In this document: positions 42,028 to 49,901 of the stretch, in pieces | Numbering within the stretch: position 1 is the stretch's first letter | Layout: each line of letters starts with the position of its first letter | From: Clostridia bacterium | Lineage (GTDB): Bacteria > Bacillota > Clostridia > Oscillospirales > CAG-382 | Direction: 5' to 3' | NCBI GenBank assembly: GCA_017516825.1 | Contig: JAFXBC010000037.1 | Coordinates: 19,824-83,823 of the forward strand | Length of the DNA stretch: 64,000 nt | Translations under genes and position numbers: made by a program | The notes under the pieces: generated by a model | Database searches by the model: none | Seen by the model: the letters and a program-made list of their open reading frames with translations, nothing else | What the model was told of the DNA's origin: nothing

Positions 42028-42962
42028 GCGGTTTCTTCCTCCCAAAGTCGTAGTACAGGGATGATAAAGGGGCCGTTAGCTTTGCATTTGATACATTTTG
42101 TCCCTTGGGCGTTTGGCGTATGCGATTCGTTATAGCTATAGTTGCACAAAAGACAAAATACTCTATGATGACTTGTCCCCAAAGATGTGTAACGTAGAGT
42201 GTGAACGCCTTGGGCGTACCTGTAGATTTTAATATCAACGCTATTTCCAGTTCCATCCGTGTATTCTTCCGGCACGTAATTATAGTCGTGCTCGTATAAA
42301 CCATAACCGCCCCACTTTGATCTGCAACGGATTGTATTGTTGGCAAGACTGATTATCAGGCCTGAATGCTCACATTTGCCGTCTCTCCAGTAGGTAATAA
42401 TATCCCATACGTGAAGGTTCGAAATGTCTTCCGGAACGTTGTACTCTATCCTTTGCGTGTGGCTATCTGTGATGAATGCGCTCGGATCGTCAATCCAATA
42501 GGTGTTATCGGTGGAACTCATATACCAAGCGTACGAATGACAGTTATACAGGGCGGTTGGCGCATCTATTTCGATTGCATAGGGGAAAGTAGCTGCCATA
42601 TAAGCTTGCACTCTGCGGATTTCATCTGCAGAGGCTTCAGAGTATAGCTTTGCGGTAACCTCCGTCCCGTCGGTTGTGTACAGCGTTGTCGTTGAGGAAA
42701 AGCGCGCCATTGTTGCGGAATCGCATGAAAGACTTGAATCGGTTGGAAGGCTCGGCAAAGTTTGTCCGGTTAGCGATGGCGAAAGAGGCATCTTGCATCC
42801 GGAGTCTGATTCGAGCCCGAAAGAGAACTCGTCAGTTGAGAACTCAATCTCTTTTTCTGCAACATTAGCTTCTGACGCTGCGGCGTTCAGAGTGAGAGTA
42901 GCTATGAGAAAGAATGATATTATCCAAAACCATTTGACGCTATTTTTTGATGTTGTTTCCAT
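42024..42962 (-). CDS. Secreted protein with putative papain-like (NlpC/P60-CHAP-like) Cys-His domain and C-terminal Cys module
   Basis: Start at METTSKNSVKWFWIISFFLIATLTLNAAAS (42962). LYNCHSYAWY ... WDIITYWRDGKCEHSGLII ... SKWGGYGLYEH resembles a Cys...His amidase/peptidase core. The C-terminal HRVFCLLCNYSYNESHT..GTKCIKCK resembles the Cys modules of the neighbouring genes. Markedly lower GC. Confidence 0.4.
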   Translation of the reverse strand: METTSKNSVKWFWIISFFLIATLTLNAAASEANVAEKEIEFSTDEFSFGLESDSGCKMPLSPSLTGQTLPSLPTDSSLSCDSATMARFSSTTTLYTTDGTEVTAKLYSEASADEIRRVQAYMAATFPYAIEIDAPTALYNCHSYAWYMSSTDNTYWIDDPSAFITDSHTQRIEYNVPEDISNLHVWDIITYWRDGKCEHSGLIISLANNTIRCRSKWGGYGLYEHDYNYVPEEYTDGTGNSVDIKIYRYAQGVHTLRYTSLGTSHHRVFCLLCNYSYNESHTPNAQGTKCIKCKANGPFIIPVLRLWEEETA

Positions 42963-43167
42963 AGGATTCTCCTTGTGAATATTTTTGTCTGGCAACGTTA
43001 TTGCGGTAAATATTATAACCGTGCATCGGTAAACATCGGACACACCTCCCAATCCTGCCTATAGTATACCATACCGTCCCTGCCGGGTCAATTGCAGAAT
43101 ACTACAAATGAAACCGCCGCAATTTGTATGTGTTAAACAAATTCGTTTTCGTCCTCTCAAAACCCTA

Positions 43168-43196
43168 TTGCAAAACGGGAGAAAATGTTGTATACT
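43168..43196 (+). promoter_or_regulatory. Candidate sigma-A promoter of cysE (TTGCAA-17-TATACT)
   Basis: TTGCAA 43168-43173, a 17-nt spacer and TATACT 43191-43196. Confidence 0.5.
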
Positions 43197-43230
43197 GAAA
43201 CCAACGAGCTTCCAAGGGAGGAACTGTGCA

Positions 43231-44139
43231 ATGATCAAGGAATGGTTGGGTAAAAACGCAAGCGAGGTGGCAGAGCAGCTCATCGCCCGCAATCGGGAAA
43301 ACGAATCGGACGCCGCCGTGGCGGGCTTCGGCGTGAAGGACAGAGTCTACCGCGCCACGGAGCTTCTCCGCAAGGCCATGTTTCCCAATATCTTCTCCGA
43401 GGAAGTGATCCCCGAGGCGTTTCTGCCCGCCTTCGTCACGGACAGTCTGCAGAAGGCGGCCATGCTTCTTTACGGGGTGATCAGCGAGGTCTATTGCTAC
43501 ACCTGCGGCGGCGACTCTCCTGTGGGGGTGACCTGCGGGGATTGCCAGGAGAAGGCGGACAAGGCCGTCTGTGCTTTTATGGATACTTTGCCCGAGGTGA
43601 CTCGTTTGCTGAATACGGACATCCTTGCCGCTTATCTGGGGGACCCTGCCGCAAGGGGAAAGACGGAGATCATGCTGGCCTATCCCTCCTTTGAGGCGGT
43701 GAGCATCTTCCGCTTGGCCCACAGCCTCCACGTGCTGGGAGTGCCGCTGATTCCCCGCATGATGACGGAATACGCTCACCAAAAGACGGGAATCGACATC
43801 CATCCCGGGGCCACGGTGGGAGAGAGCTTTTTCATCGACCACGGCACCGGCGTGGTCATCGGCGAGACCTGCACCATCGGCAGGGAAGTGAAGCTGTATC
43901 AGGGGGTGACCCTGGGCGCAAAAAGCTTCGAAATGGATGAAAACGGCAACCCCGTCAAGGGGATCAAGCGCCACCCCGACATCGGTGACCGCGTGGTGAT
44001 CTACGCAGGCGCCACCATTCTGGGAGGCAATACCCGCATCGGAGACGACAGCGTCATCGGCGGTAACGTGTGGCTGACCCATTCCGTCCCTGCGGGCAGT
44101 AAGGTATACAACACCCTCTCCAACAAGGAGAAGACTTAA
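43231..44139 (+). CDS. cysE: Serine O-acetyltransferase
   Basis: Start ATG 43231 (MIKEWLG) with AAGGGAGGAA SD. Hexapeptide-repeat C-terminus GIDIHPGATVGESFFIDHGTGVVIGETCTIG...RHPDIGDRVVIYAGATILG. Confidence 0.85.
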   Translation: MIKEWLGKNASEVAEQLIARNRENESDAAVAGFGVKDRVYRATELLRKAMFPNIFSEEVIPEAFLPAFVTDSLQKAAMLLYGVISEVYCYTCGGDSPVGVTCGDCQEKADKAVCAFMDTLPEVTRLLNTDILAAYLGDPAARGKTEIMLAYPSFEAVSIFRLAHSLHVLGVPLIPRMMTEYAHQKTGIDIHPGATVGESFFIDHGTGVVIGETCTIGREVKLYQGVTLGAKSFEMDENGNPVKGIKRHPDIGDRVVIYAGATILGGNTRIGDDSVIGGNVWLTHSVPAGSKVYNTLSNKEKT

Positions 44140-44178
44140 AAAAACGCCGCAACGCGGCCGAAACCCGAACCAAAGCCG

Positions 44179-44212
44179 AAGAGCCGCGTCAAAACGGCTC
44201 TTTTTGCATTTT
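44179..44212 (+). terminator. Intrinsic terminator after cysE
   Basis: gagccg-cgtcaaaa-cggctc followed by TTTTTGCATTTTT. Confidence 0.6.
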
Positions 44213-44246
44213 TGGCAACAACTCGGCAACAAAGCCGTTGTATGCT
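44212..44246 (+). promoter_or_regulatory. Candidate response-regulator operator (2x TTGGCAACAA-like, 11-bp phase) plus -10 TATGCT upstream of the TCS operon
   Basis: TTGGCAACAA 44212-44221, TCGGCAACAA 44223-44232, then 8 nt, then TATGCT 44241-44246. There is no canonical -35. Confidence 0.4.
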
Positions 44247-44277
44247 GTTCTTAAAGGAAAGAAGGGAGGCGTGACTT

Positions 44278-44925
44278 ATGGCAAAGATCCTCATTGCGGA
44301 GGACGAGCCGGCTATCAACGATCTCATCAAATGGAATTTGGAGCTGGTGGGGCATACCTGCCACCAGGTGTTCGACGGCAGAGCCGCCCTGGAGGCCGCC
44401 GGGACGGGAGCGTTTGACCTGCTGATCCTGGATGTGATGATGCCCGCCCTCTCCGGCTTTGAGATCATGCCCCACCTGAAGGGACAGCCCGTGATCTTCG
44501 TCACCGCCAAGGCGGGGGTACAGGACAGGCTGAGAGGCTTGCAATTGGGGGCGGACGATTACATCACCAAGCCCTTTGAGATCCTGGAGCTGGTGGAGCG
44601 GGTGAAGGCGGTGTTGCGCCGCACCAAGGGGGAGATGAAGGAGTTTTCCTTCGACGACATCCGCGTAGAGCTCACCAACCGCCGCGTCTACAAGGGCGGG
44701 GTGGAGATCCCCTTGAAGCCCAAGGAGTTCGACCTTCTGGAGACCCTCATCCACAACCGCAACCTGGCACTCTCCAGAGAGAAGCTCATCGAATTGGTGT
44801 GGAACTTTGACTACGAAGGAGATTCCCGTACCGTGGACGTTCACGTACAGCGCTTGCGGCGCAAGCTGGGCATCGCCCACCGCCTGCAAACGGTGTATAA
44901 AACGGGATACCGCTTACAGGTATGA
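44278..44925 (+). CDS. OmpR/PhoB-family response regulator
   Basis: 215 aa. Receiver domain (ILIAEDEP...DLLILDVMMP...TAK) plus a winged-helix C-terminus (VDVHVQRLRRKL...GYRL). Confidence 0.9.
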   Translation: MAKILIAEDEPAINDLIKWNLELVGHTCHQVFDGRAALEAAGTGAFDLLILDVMMPALSGFEIMPHLKGQPVIFVTAKAGVQDRLRGLQLGADDYITKPFEILELVERVKAVLRRTKGEMKEFSFDDIRVELTNRRVYKGGVEIPLKPKEFDLLETLIHNRNLALSREKLIELVWNFDYEGDSRTVDVHVQRLRRKLGIAHRLQTVYKTGYRLQV

Positions 44926-44993
44926 AAAACGGATCGTTTTTTATACCTGCAACCGCCCCCCACAGGGGGGCTACCGAGAAAAAGGACGTTGGT

Positions 44994-46379
44994 ATGAAAC
45001 TTCGATTCTGGCAAAAAGCCTATCTCCTCACCCTGGCGCTGTTTCTGATCTGTATCAACGTGGGTATTCTGTCGTTGACGGTATACACCCACGGAAAGAA
45101 CGTTCGGGCCGCCGAGGAGGCCGTGAAGGCACAGCAATATTACGTGGCCATGTCCTTTGAGCGGGATATGGAATACCTGGAAAGCAACGGAGGCTCCGTT
45201 GCCCTGCTGATGGAGGGCTTCGGGGCTCATTACCGCGACAAAGGGCTTTCCATCGCCTTTTTGCAGGGGGAGGAGACCTTGTATTCCACCATTTCCTTCC
45301 CCTACGAGATGGAAAACGATACCCTCACCCACCTGGACGTGGAGGGGAAGCGGCATATCCTCATTTCCTCCTCGGTGTGCGATGGAGCGTATCAAATCAT
45401 CATCGCCAAGAACGTGGACTCTCTGGACGTGGAGTTCCGCAGTCTCATGGTGCTGTATCTGCTGACGGCGTTGGCGGTGTCCTTGTTCCTGGCGGTATGC
45501 TTGTATTTCGTGTTGCGGAAGCTTTCCAAGCCCTTGGATTCCCTGCGGGAGACCACCGTGGCCATCGGGGCGGGGGATTTCTCCGTCACCGCCAAAGAGA
45601 TGGGCAACGACGAGTTCACTCTGCTGGCAAAAAGCTTCAACGCCATGCTTGCAAAGATCAACAGCCAGATGGCGGATCTCGCCTCGGATGCGGAGAAGAA
45701 GCAAATGCTGGTGGACAACATGGCCCACGAGCTACGGACTCCCCTCACCAGCATATACGGCTACGCGGAATATCTGGAAAAGGCTCCCGTCACCGAGGAA
45801 AAACGGGTGACGGCGGCGCAATACATCATGTCCCAGGCGGGGAGATTGCAGAAGATCTCCGAATTGCTTCTGGACAGCGCCTATATCCGGGGCAACCCTC
45901 CCGAGATGGGGGAGGTGGCTCTGCACACCCTTCTTTCCCAGGTGGCGGCACAGCTTGCCTTTTTCGGGGAAGGACGGGGCGTGACCCTGCGGGCAGAAGG
46001 GGAACAGACCGTCATTCATGGCAACGAGACCTTGCTTTCCATGCTGTTCTTCAACCTGGCGGAAAACGCCGTGAAGGCTTGCAGTCAAGGGGGCGAGGTG
46101 GTGCTTTCCTGTAAGGACGGCCGAGCCACCGTCAGAGACAACGGCAAGGGCATGACGGAGGAGCAGATCGCCCACGTCACGGAGCCCTTCTACCGTACGG
46201 ATAAATCCCGCTCCCGTGCAGAAGGCGGGGCAGGCTTGGGGTTGGCATTGTGCAAGCAAATTGTCGATCTCCACGGAGCGGAGATGAAGATATCCTCCAA
46301 GCCGGGAGAGGGGACGGAAATTTCCCTCACTTTTACAACTTGGCAACAACCCGGCGACGGGTTGGCAACAAACGGGTGA
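44994..46379 (+). CDS. Sensor histidine kinase (HAMP-HisKA-HATPase)
   Basis: Two TM segments, a HAMP-like segment, H-box MAHELRTPLTSI, N box NLAENAVKA and G boxes DNGKGM / GGAGLGLALC. The start is either ATG 44994 (AAAGGA SD) or ATG 44922 overlapping the regulator stop. Confidence 0.85.
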   Translation: MKLRFWQKAYLLTLALFLICINVGILSLTVYTHGKNVRAAEEAVKAQQYYVAMSFERDMEYLESNGGSVALLMEGFGAHYRDKGLSIAFLQGEETLYSTISFPYEMENDTLTHLDVEGKRHILISSSVCDGAYQIIIAKNVDSLDVEFRSLMVLYLLTALAVSLFLAVCLYFVLRKLSKPLDSLRETTVAIGAGDFSVTAKEMGNDEFTLLAKSFNAMLAKINSQMADLASDAEKKQMLVDNMAHELRTPLTSIYGYAEYLEKAPVTEEKRVTAAQYIMSQAGRLQKISELLLDSAYIRGNPPEMGEVALHTLLSQVAAQLAFFGEGRGVTLRAEGEQTVIHGNETLLSMLFFNLAENAVKACSQGGEVVLSCKDGRATVRDNGKGMTEEQIAHVTEPFYRTDKSRSRAEGGAGLGLALCKQIVDLHGAEMKISSKPGEGTEISLTFTTWQQPGDGLATNG

Positions 46380-46385
46380 TAAAGT
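46340..46385 (+). promoter_or_regulatory. Second candidate operator (2x TTGGCAACAA, 22-bp phase) plus extended -10 TGaTAAAGT, upstream of the 3-paralog cluster
   Basis: TTGGCAACAA 46340-46349 and 46362-46371, then 8 nt, then TAAAGT 46380-46385. The box-to--10 spacing is the same as at 44212-44246. It lies in the last codons of the kinase gene. Confidence 0.35.
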
Positions 46386-46675
46386 GAAGGTGAAAAAGGG
46401 GAAAGGGTAGCGCGCAGGTCGGATGGCGGAAAGTCGTTTCGTAGCGTAACGCTTTGCTATGGAGACGAACCGAGGAAGGGCACAAATGCGACCATCTCTC
46501 CCGCACAGGGTACGGTGAAAAAACGCTTTATGCCAACCTCATTGCGCGGAAGTATGGCTTGATTTTAGTCCATGCATCATGCGTAATCGTAGGGGCGATT
46601 CACGAATCGCCCGTTCGGGCGCCCTCCCGAACCAAAGGCAACCCTTCAAATCTTTCCCGAAAGGAGTCCTATCCC

Positions 46676-48508
46676 ATGAAAAAATTCATACTGATCGCAG
46701 TTTGCCTTCTGCTGGTGGCCTTACTCACCCTCGGGGTGTGTATGTACGCCATCGGGGAGAACAAGGACCTCTCCAAGCCCTACGACATGGGAAGCGAGAT
46801 CACCGTGACACCTCCCGAGGACACCCCCACGGCACAGGAGCAAATGGAACAAAAATTCTCCGTCTACAACCACGTCACGGAAGAAAACGGCAAAAAGATC
46901 CTCACCCTTTTCTCCGAAGAACAAGCGGAGGAACAATGGGCGAAACGTGAAAACGGGGAAGACTTCCGCCTTACTTACGATGAAATTCTGTTTCTCATCG
47001 ATCAGTCCCGGCGGCTTTACGAAAGCTACGATGAGATCGTGCTGACCAACGCTTCGGAATACGGGATCTTTGGCGAACCTGCCCCGGGCGCCTACGTGGT
47101 CAAGCGCAAGGACGTGGATCCTTCCGGGCTGACCTATATGGAGGAGCAGAAGGCGTGCGCCGAAGCAACCAGAGAAGTGGCACAGATCGCCGCTTACCGC
47201 GTTGCCATGCTGGATTCCCGTATGCGGAAGGCGGTTTCCGTTGTATTCGGATATTCAGGAGTTTACGGGAATTGGAACCAACTGTATTTTGAAGGGGAAT
47301 CGTATACGGGGAACGGCATCGTGGAAGTGCAGTACGTGCTTTGGGCCATGGTCCCCGACGACGTGGAATGGGAGTCCGAGGAGGCGTACCGCACTGCGCT
47401 GAAGGAACAGCTGGAGCATTCTTCGTGGTCGGGTCACGTGCAGTGCGTCCATCCCCAAGTGCCCTACCTTTGCCTGGAATTTTCCTTCGGGGCCAAATCG
47501 ATCCCCGGATGGATCACCGTTCTCGACGGCTCTATCCGTGCCTTGAAGTGGGGAGAGACCCCGGAATCCGATGACCGATACGGCCCCATGGAGCATGCCA
47601 AAAACGAAGGAGCCCTTTTGTGTCCCGATTCTTCCACAGCCCCGGCTTGGGAACTGCGGAAGTCCTATTTCAAGACGGAGAACGCTTCCTATGCGTCCGT
47701 CTATTTCAGCGGCGAAACCAACGGACAGCGGCATTTTAACGACGTAGCCTATTCCTTCTCCGTGGAGACCCTGGGGGATCTTGACACCGTTTTGAAGAAA
47801 TGGAACGACCCCAAAACGCCCCGTATGCAGGCGGGAGATCTGCCGTATTTCGTGGCGGACCTGGGGAATGGCACCGCCGTAGCGGTGATTGCCCATCACG
47901 ATTATCCCGGATATGCGTATATCTTCCCCGATGACGACGCAGGCTTTTATCTTCCCACGATAGGTACCCAGATCTTTTCCCCGGTATACAGAGATCCTTT
48001 TTCGGAAACCGTAAACGCAACCACGGAATTCGTCAAATGCCTTCCCGAGGAAACGCTTCACGCTATGTGGCAGCAGTTCGGAGCCGCCGTCATGAAACGC
48101 CATTGGCAGTCGGTGGACCTTATGGAAGTGAAGGACAAGTCTTATAACGGCTGGTATGCCACCTATTTCCGTTCCGAGGGAGAAACCGCTTGGAAGAAAT
48201 ACGACGAAGCGGTCACCTCTTTCTTGAACACCGCCAAGGCAGAGCTGGGGGAGGACATGACCGTGGAAGCCTGCATGGCGCTGGAGGCTTACGCCCGGCT
48301 GGAAAAGACGTGCAAGAGCATGACCTATTATTACGGCTTCATCCTGACGGAATGTGCTTATTTCCCGGATTCCTTCCGGGCACAGCTGATGGTGGAGCTG
48401 TTGAAGCAAAACAAGCCCAAGCTGCAAGCCCGTTGCACGAAGCAGGGCTTGACGGACCCCGGGGAGATCGCCGAGGCGGTATTTGCGGATCCGTCGTGTA
48501 TGCGATGA
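46676..48508 (+). CDS. Membrane-anchored protein family X, paralog 1 (conserved N-module, variable C-region)
   Basis: Start ATG 46676 (MKKFILIAVCLLLVALLTLGVCMYAIGENKD...) with AAGGAG SD. 610 aa, no family recognised. Confidence 0.7.
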   Translation: MKKFILIAVCLLLVALLTLGVCMYAIGENKDLSKPYDMGSEITVTPPEDTPTAQEQMEQKFSVYNHVTEENGKKILTLFSEEQAEEQWAKRENGEDFRLTYDEILFLIDQSRRLYESYDEIVLTNASEYGIFGEPAPGAYVVKRKDVDPSGLTYMEEQKACAEATREVAQIAAYRVAMLDSRMRKAVSVVFGYSGVYGNWNQLYFEGESYTGNGIVEVQYVLWAMVPDDVEWESEEAYRTALKEQLEHSSWSGHVQCVHPQVPYLCLEFSFGAKSIPGWITVLDGSIRALKWGETPESDDRYGPMEHAKNEGALLCPDSSTAPAWELRKSYFKTENASYASVYFSGETNGQRHFNDVAYSFSVETLGDLDTVLKKWNDPKTPRMQAGDLPYFVADLGNGTAVAVIAHHDYPGYAYIFPDDDAGFYLPTIGTQIFSPVYRDPFSETVNATTEFVKCLPEETLHAMWQQFGAAVMKRHWQSVDLMEVKDKSYNGWYATYFRSEGETAWKKYDEAVTSFLNTAKAELGEDMTVEACMALEAYARLEKTCKSMTYYYGFILTECAYFPDSFRAQLMVELLKQNKPKLQARCTKQGLTDPGEIAEAVFADPSCMR

Positions 48509-48521
48509 AAGGAGGTTTCCC

Positions 48522-49880
48522 ATGAAAAAATTCATATTGATCGCAGTTTGTCTTCTGCTGGTTGCTTTACTCACTCTCGGGGTGTGTATGTACGCCATCG
48601 GGGAGAACAAGGACATCTCCAAGCCCTACGACATGGGAAGCGAGATCACCGTGACACCTCCCGAGGACACCCCCGAGGCCCAGAAGGAAATGGAAAAGAA
48701 ATTTTCCGTCTACAACCACGTTTCCGAAACGATAAGCGGCAAAAAGATTCTCACCCTTTTCTCTGAAGAGCAAGCGGAGGAACAATGGGCGAAACGCCAA
48801 AACGGAGAGCAGTTCCGCCTCACATACGACGAGATCCTGTTTCTGATCGGCGATTCTCTGCGGCTTTACGAGACCTACGACGCCATTGTGCTGACCAACG
48901 CACAGGAATATGATCTGCTGAACCCCGCAATGGGAGAGACCATCCATCCGGAGCTGGCGGAGATCGTCACTTCCTTCCGCGGGGAGGCGGACGAGCACTA
49001 CCAACGGATGGCCGATGTTGGGCAGATCGCCGTCTACCGTCTGGCTTTGCTGGATTCCCGCTTGCGGAAAGCGGAGTTCGAAGGGCTCCGCTTGGACGGG
49101 GAGCGTTACGTTGATCGGGTTACCGTGGAGGGCGTTTCTTCCGAGCAGTTTGCCTTCGTAGAGCCCGACGGGGAGATGAGCGCGGGAGAGATCCTCTATA
49201 ACCCTTCTTATCTCCACGGCTCCTATTGGGTGTTGATGCCGGAGGATGGGAAGATCGCAAACGAGGAGGCTTATCTGGAGTCTCTGGTGAAGCACCTGCT
49301 GTGCGCGGAGATCGGCGGAAACGTTCTTCAGAATTTTACCGCGGAATATCCCGTGCTGAAGCTGGAGACTTATCCATGCGTGGTGGATCCGCAGACCTTC
49401 GAAACCGCTTATATGCTTGAAGCACATCAGCCCCTGTGGGAGCTGAAGGCGTCTTACCTGAGTCCTTACCTATCGCCCTCTTCTTCCACGGCGTACTATC
49501 CCGAGCTGACACTCCGTAAGGGAGCCCACACCGCAAGGAAGCTGTTCCTGACCTTTGAGGTCTTCGGAGCCCTGGATCCCCGGGATGCCATTGTTGTCGC
49601 GGCGAAGACGGGAGAGCAGGTGGGCACCCTGGAAGCAGGGGAAGAATTCATCGAGCTAGACCTGAACAACGGTACCTCAATCCTGCTCCCGACAACCGAC
49701 GCTTACGACGGAGAGACCCTTGCTGCCGCGGCCATGGTGGAATCCGCTTATGACTATGAAAGCAATGCCCTTCGCCTGTGCATCCCCAAAAGTCTGGCGG
49801 ATGCGTTGCGGGATCTGGCTCTCCACGGTACTGCCGACAGTCCGTACAGCGATCTGGTGATTTACACCACCATCGGATAA
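48522..49880 (+). CDS. Membrane-anchored protein family X, paralog 2
   Basis: Start ATG 48522 with AAAGGAGG SD. 452 aa. The first ~110 aa are nearly identical to paralogs 1 and 3. Confidence 0.7.
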   Translation: MKKFILIAVCLLLVALLTLGVCMYAIGENKDISKPYDMGSEITVTPPEDTPEAQKEMEKKFSVYNHVSETISGKKILTLFSEEQAEEQWAKRQNGEQFRLTYDEILFLIGDSLRLYETYDAIVLTNAQEYDLLNPAMGETIHPELAEIVTSFRGEADEHYQRMADVGQIAVYRLALLDSRLRKAEFEGLRLDGERYVDRVTVEGVSSEQFAFVEPDGEMSAGEILYNPSYLHGSYWVLMPEDGKIANEEAYLESLVKHLLCAEIGGNVLQNFTAEYPVLKLETYPCVVDPQTFETAYMLEAHQPLWELKASYLSPYLSPSSSTAYYPELTLRKGAHTARKLFLTFEVFGALDPRDAIVVAAKTGEQVGTLEAGEEFIELDLNNGTSILLPTTDAYDGETLAAAAMVESAYDYESNALRLCIPKSLADALRDLALHGTADSPYSDLVIYTTIG

Positions 49881-49901
49881 CACGATAAAAGGAGGTTTCC
49901 C

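Noticed and set aside
43053-43230. T-box or other riboswitch upstream of cysE.
   Set aside because: The predicted promoter leaves only a ~35-nt leader, too short for a T-box, and no specifier or terminator structure is present.
44922-44993. Kinase start at ATG 44922 overlapping the regulator stop.
   Set aside because: Not excluded. The extra 24 residues (MKNGSFFIPATAPHRGATEKKDVG) look non-native, and ATG 44994 has an SD and starts directly at the first TM. It is reported as an alternative.
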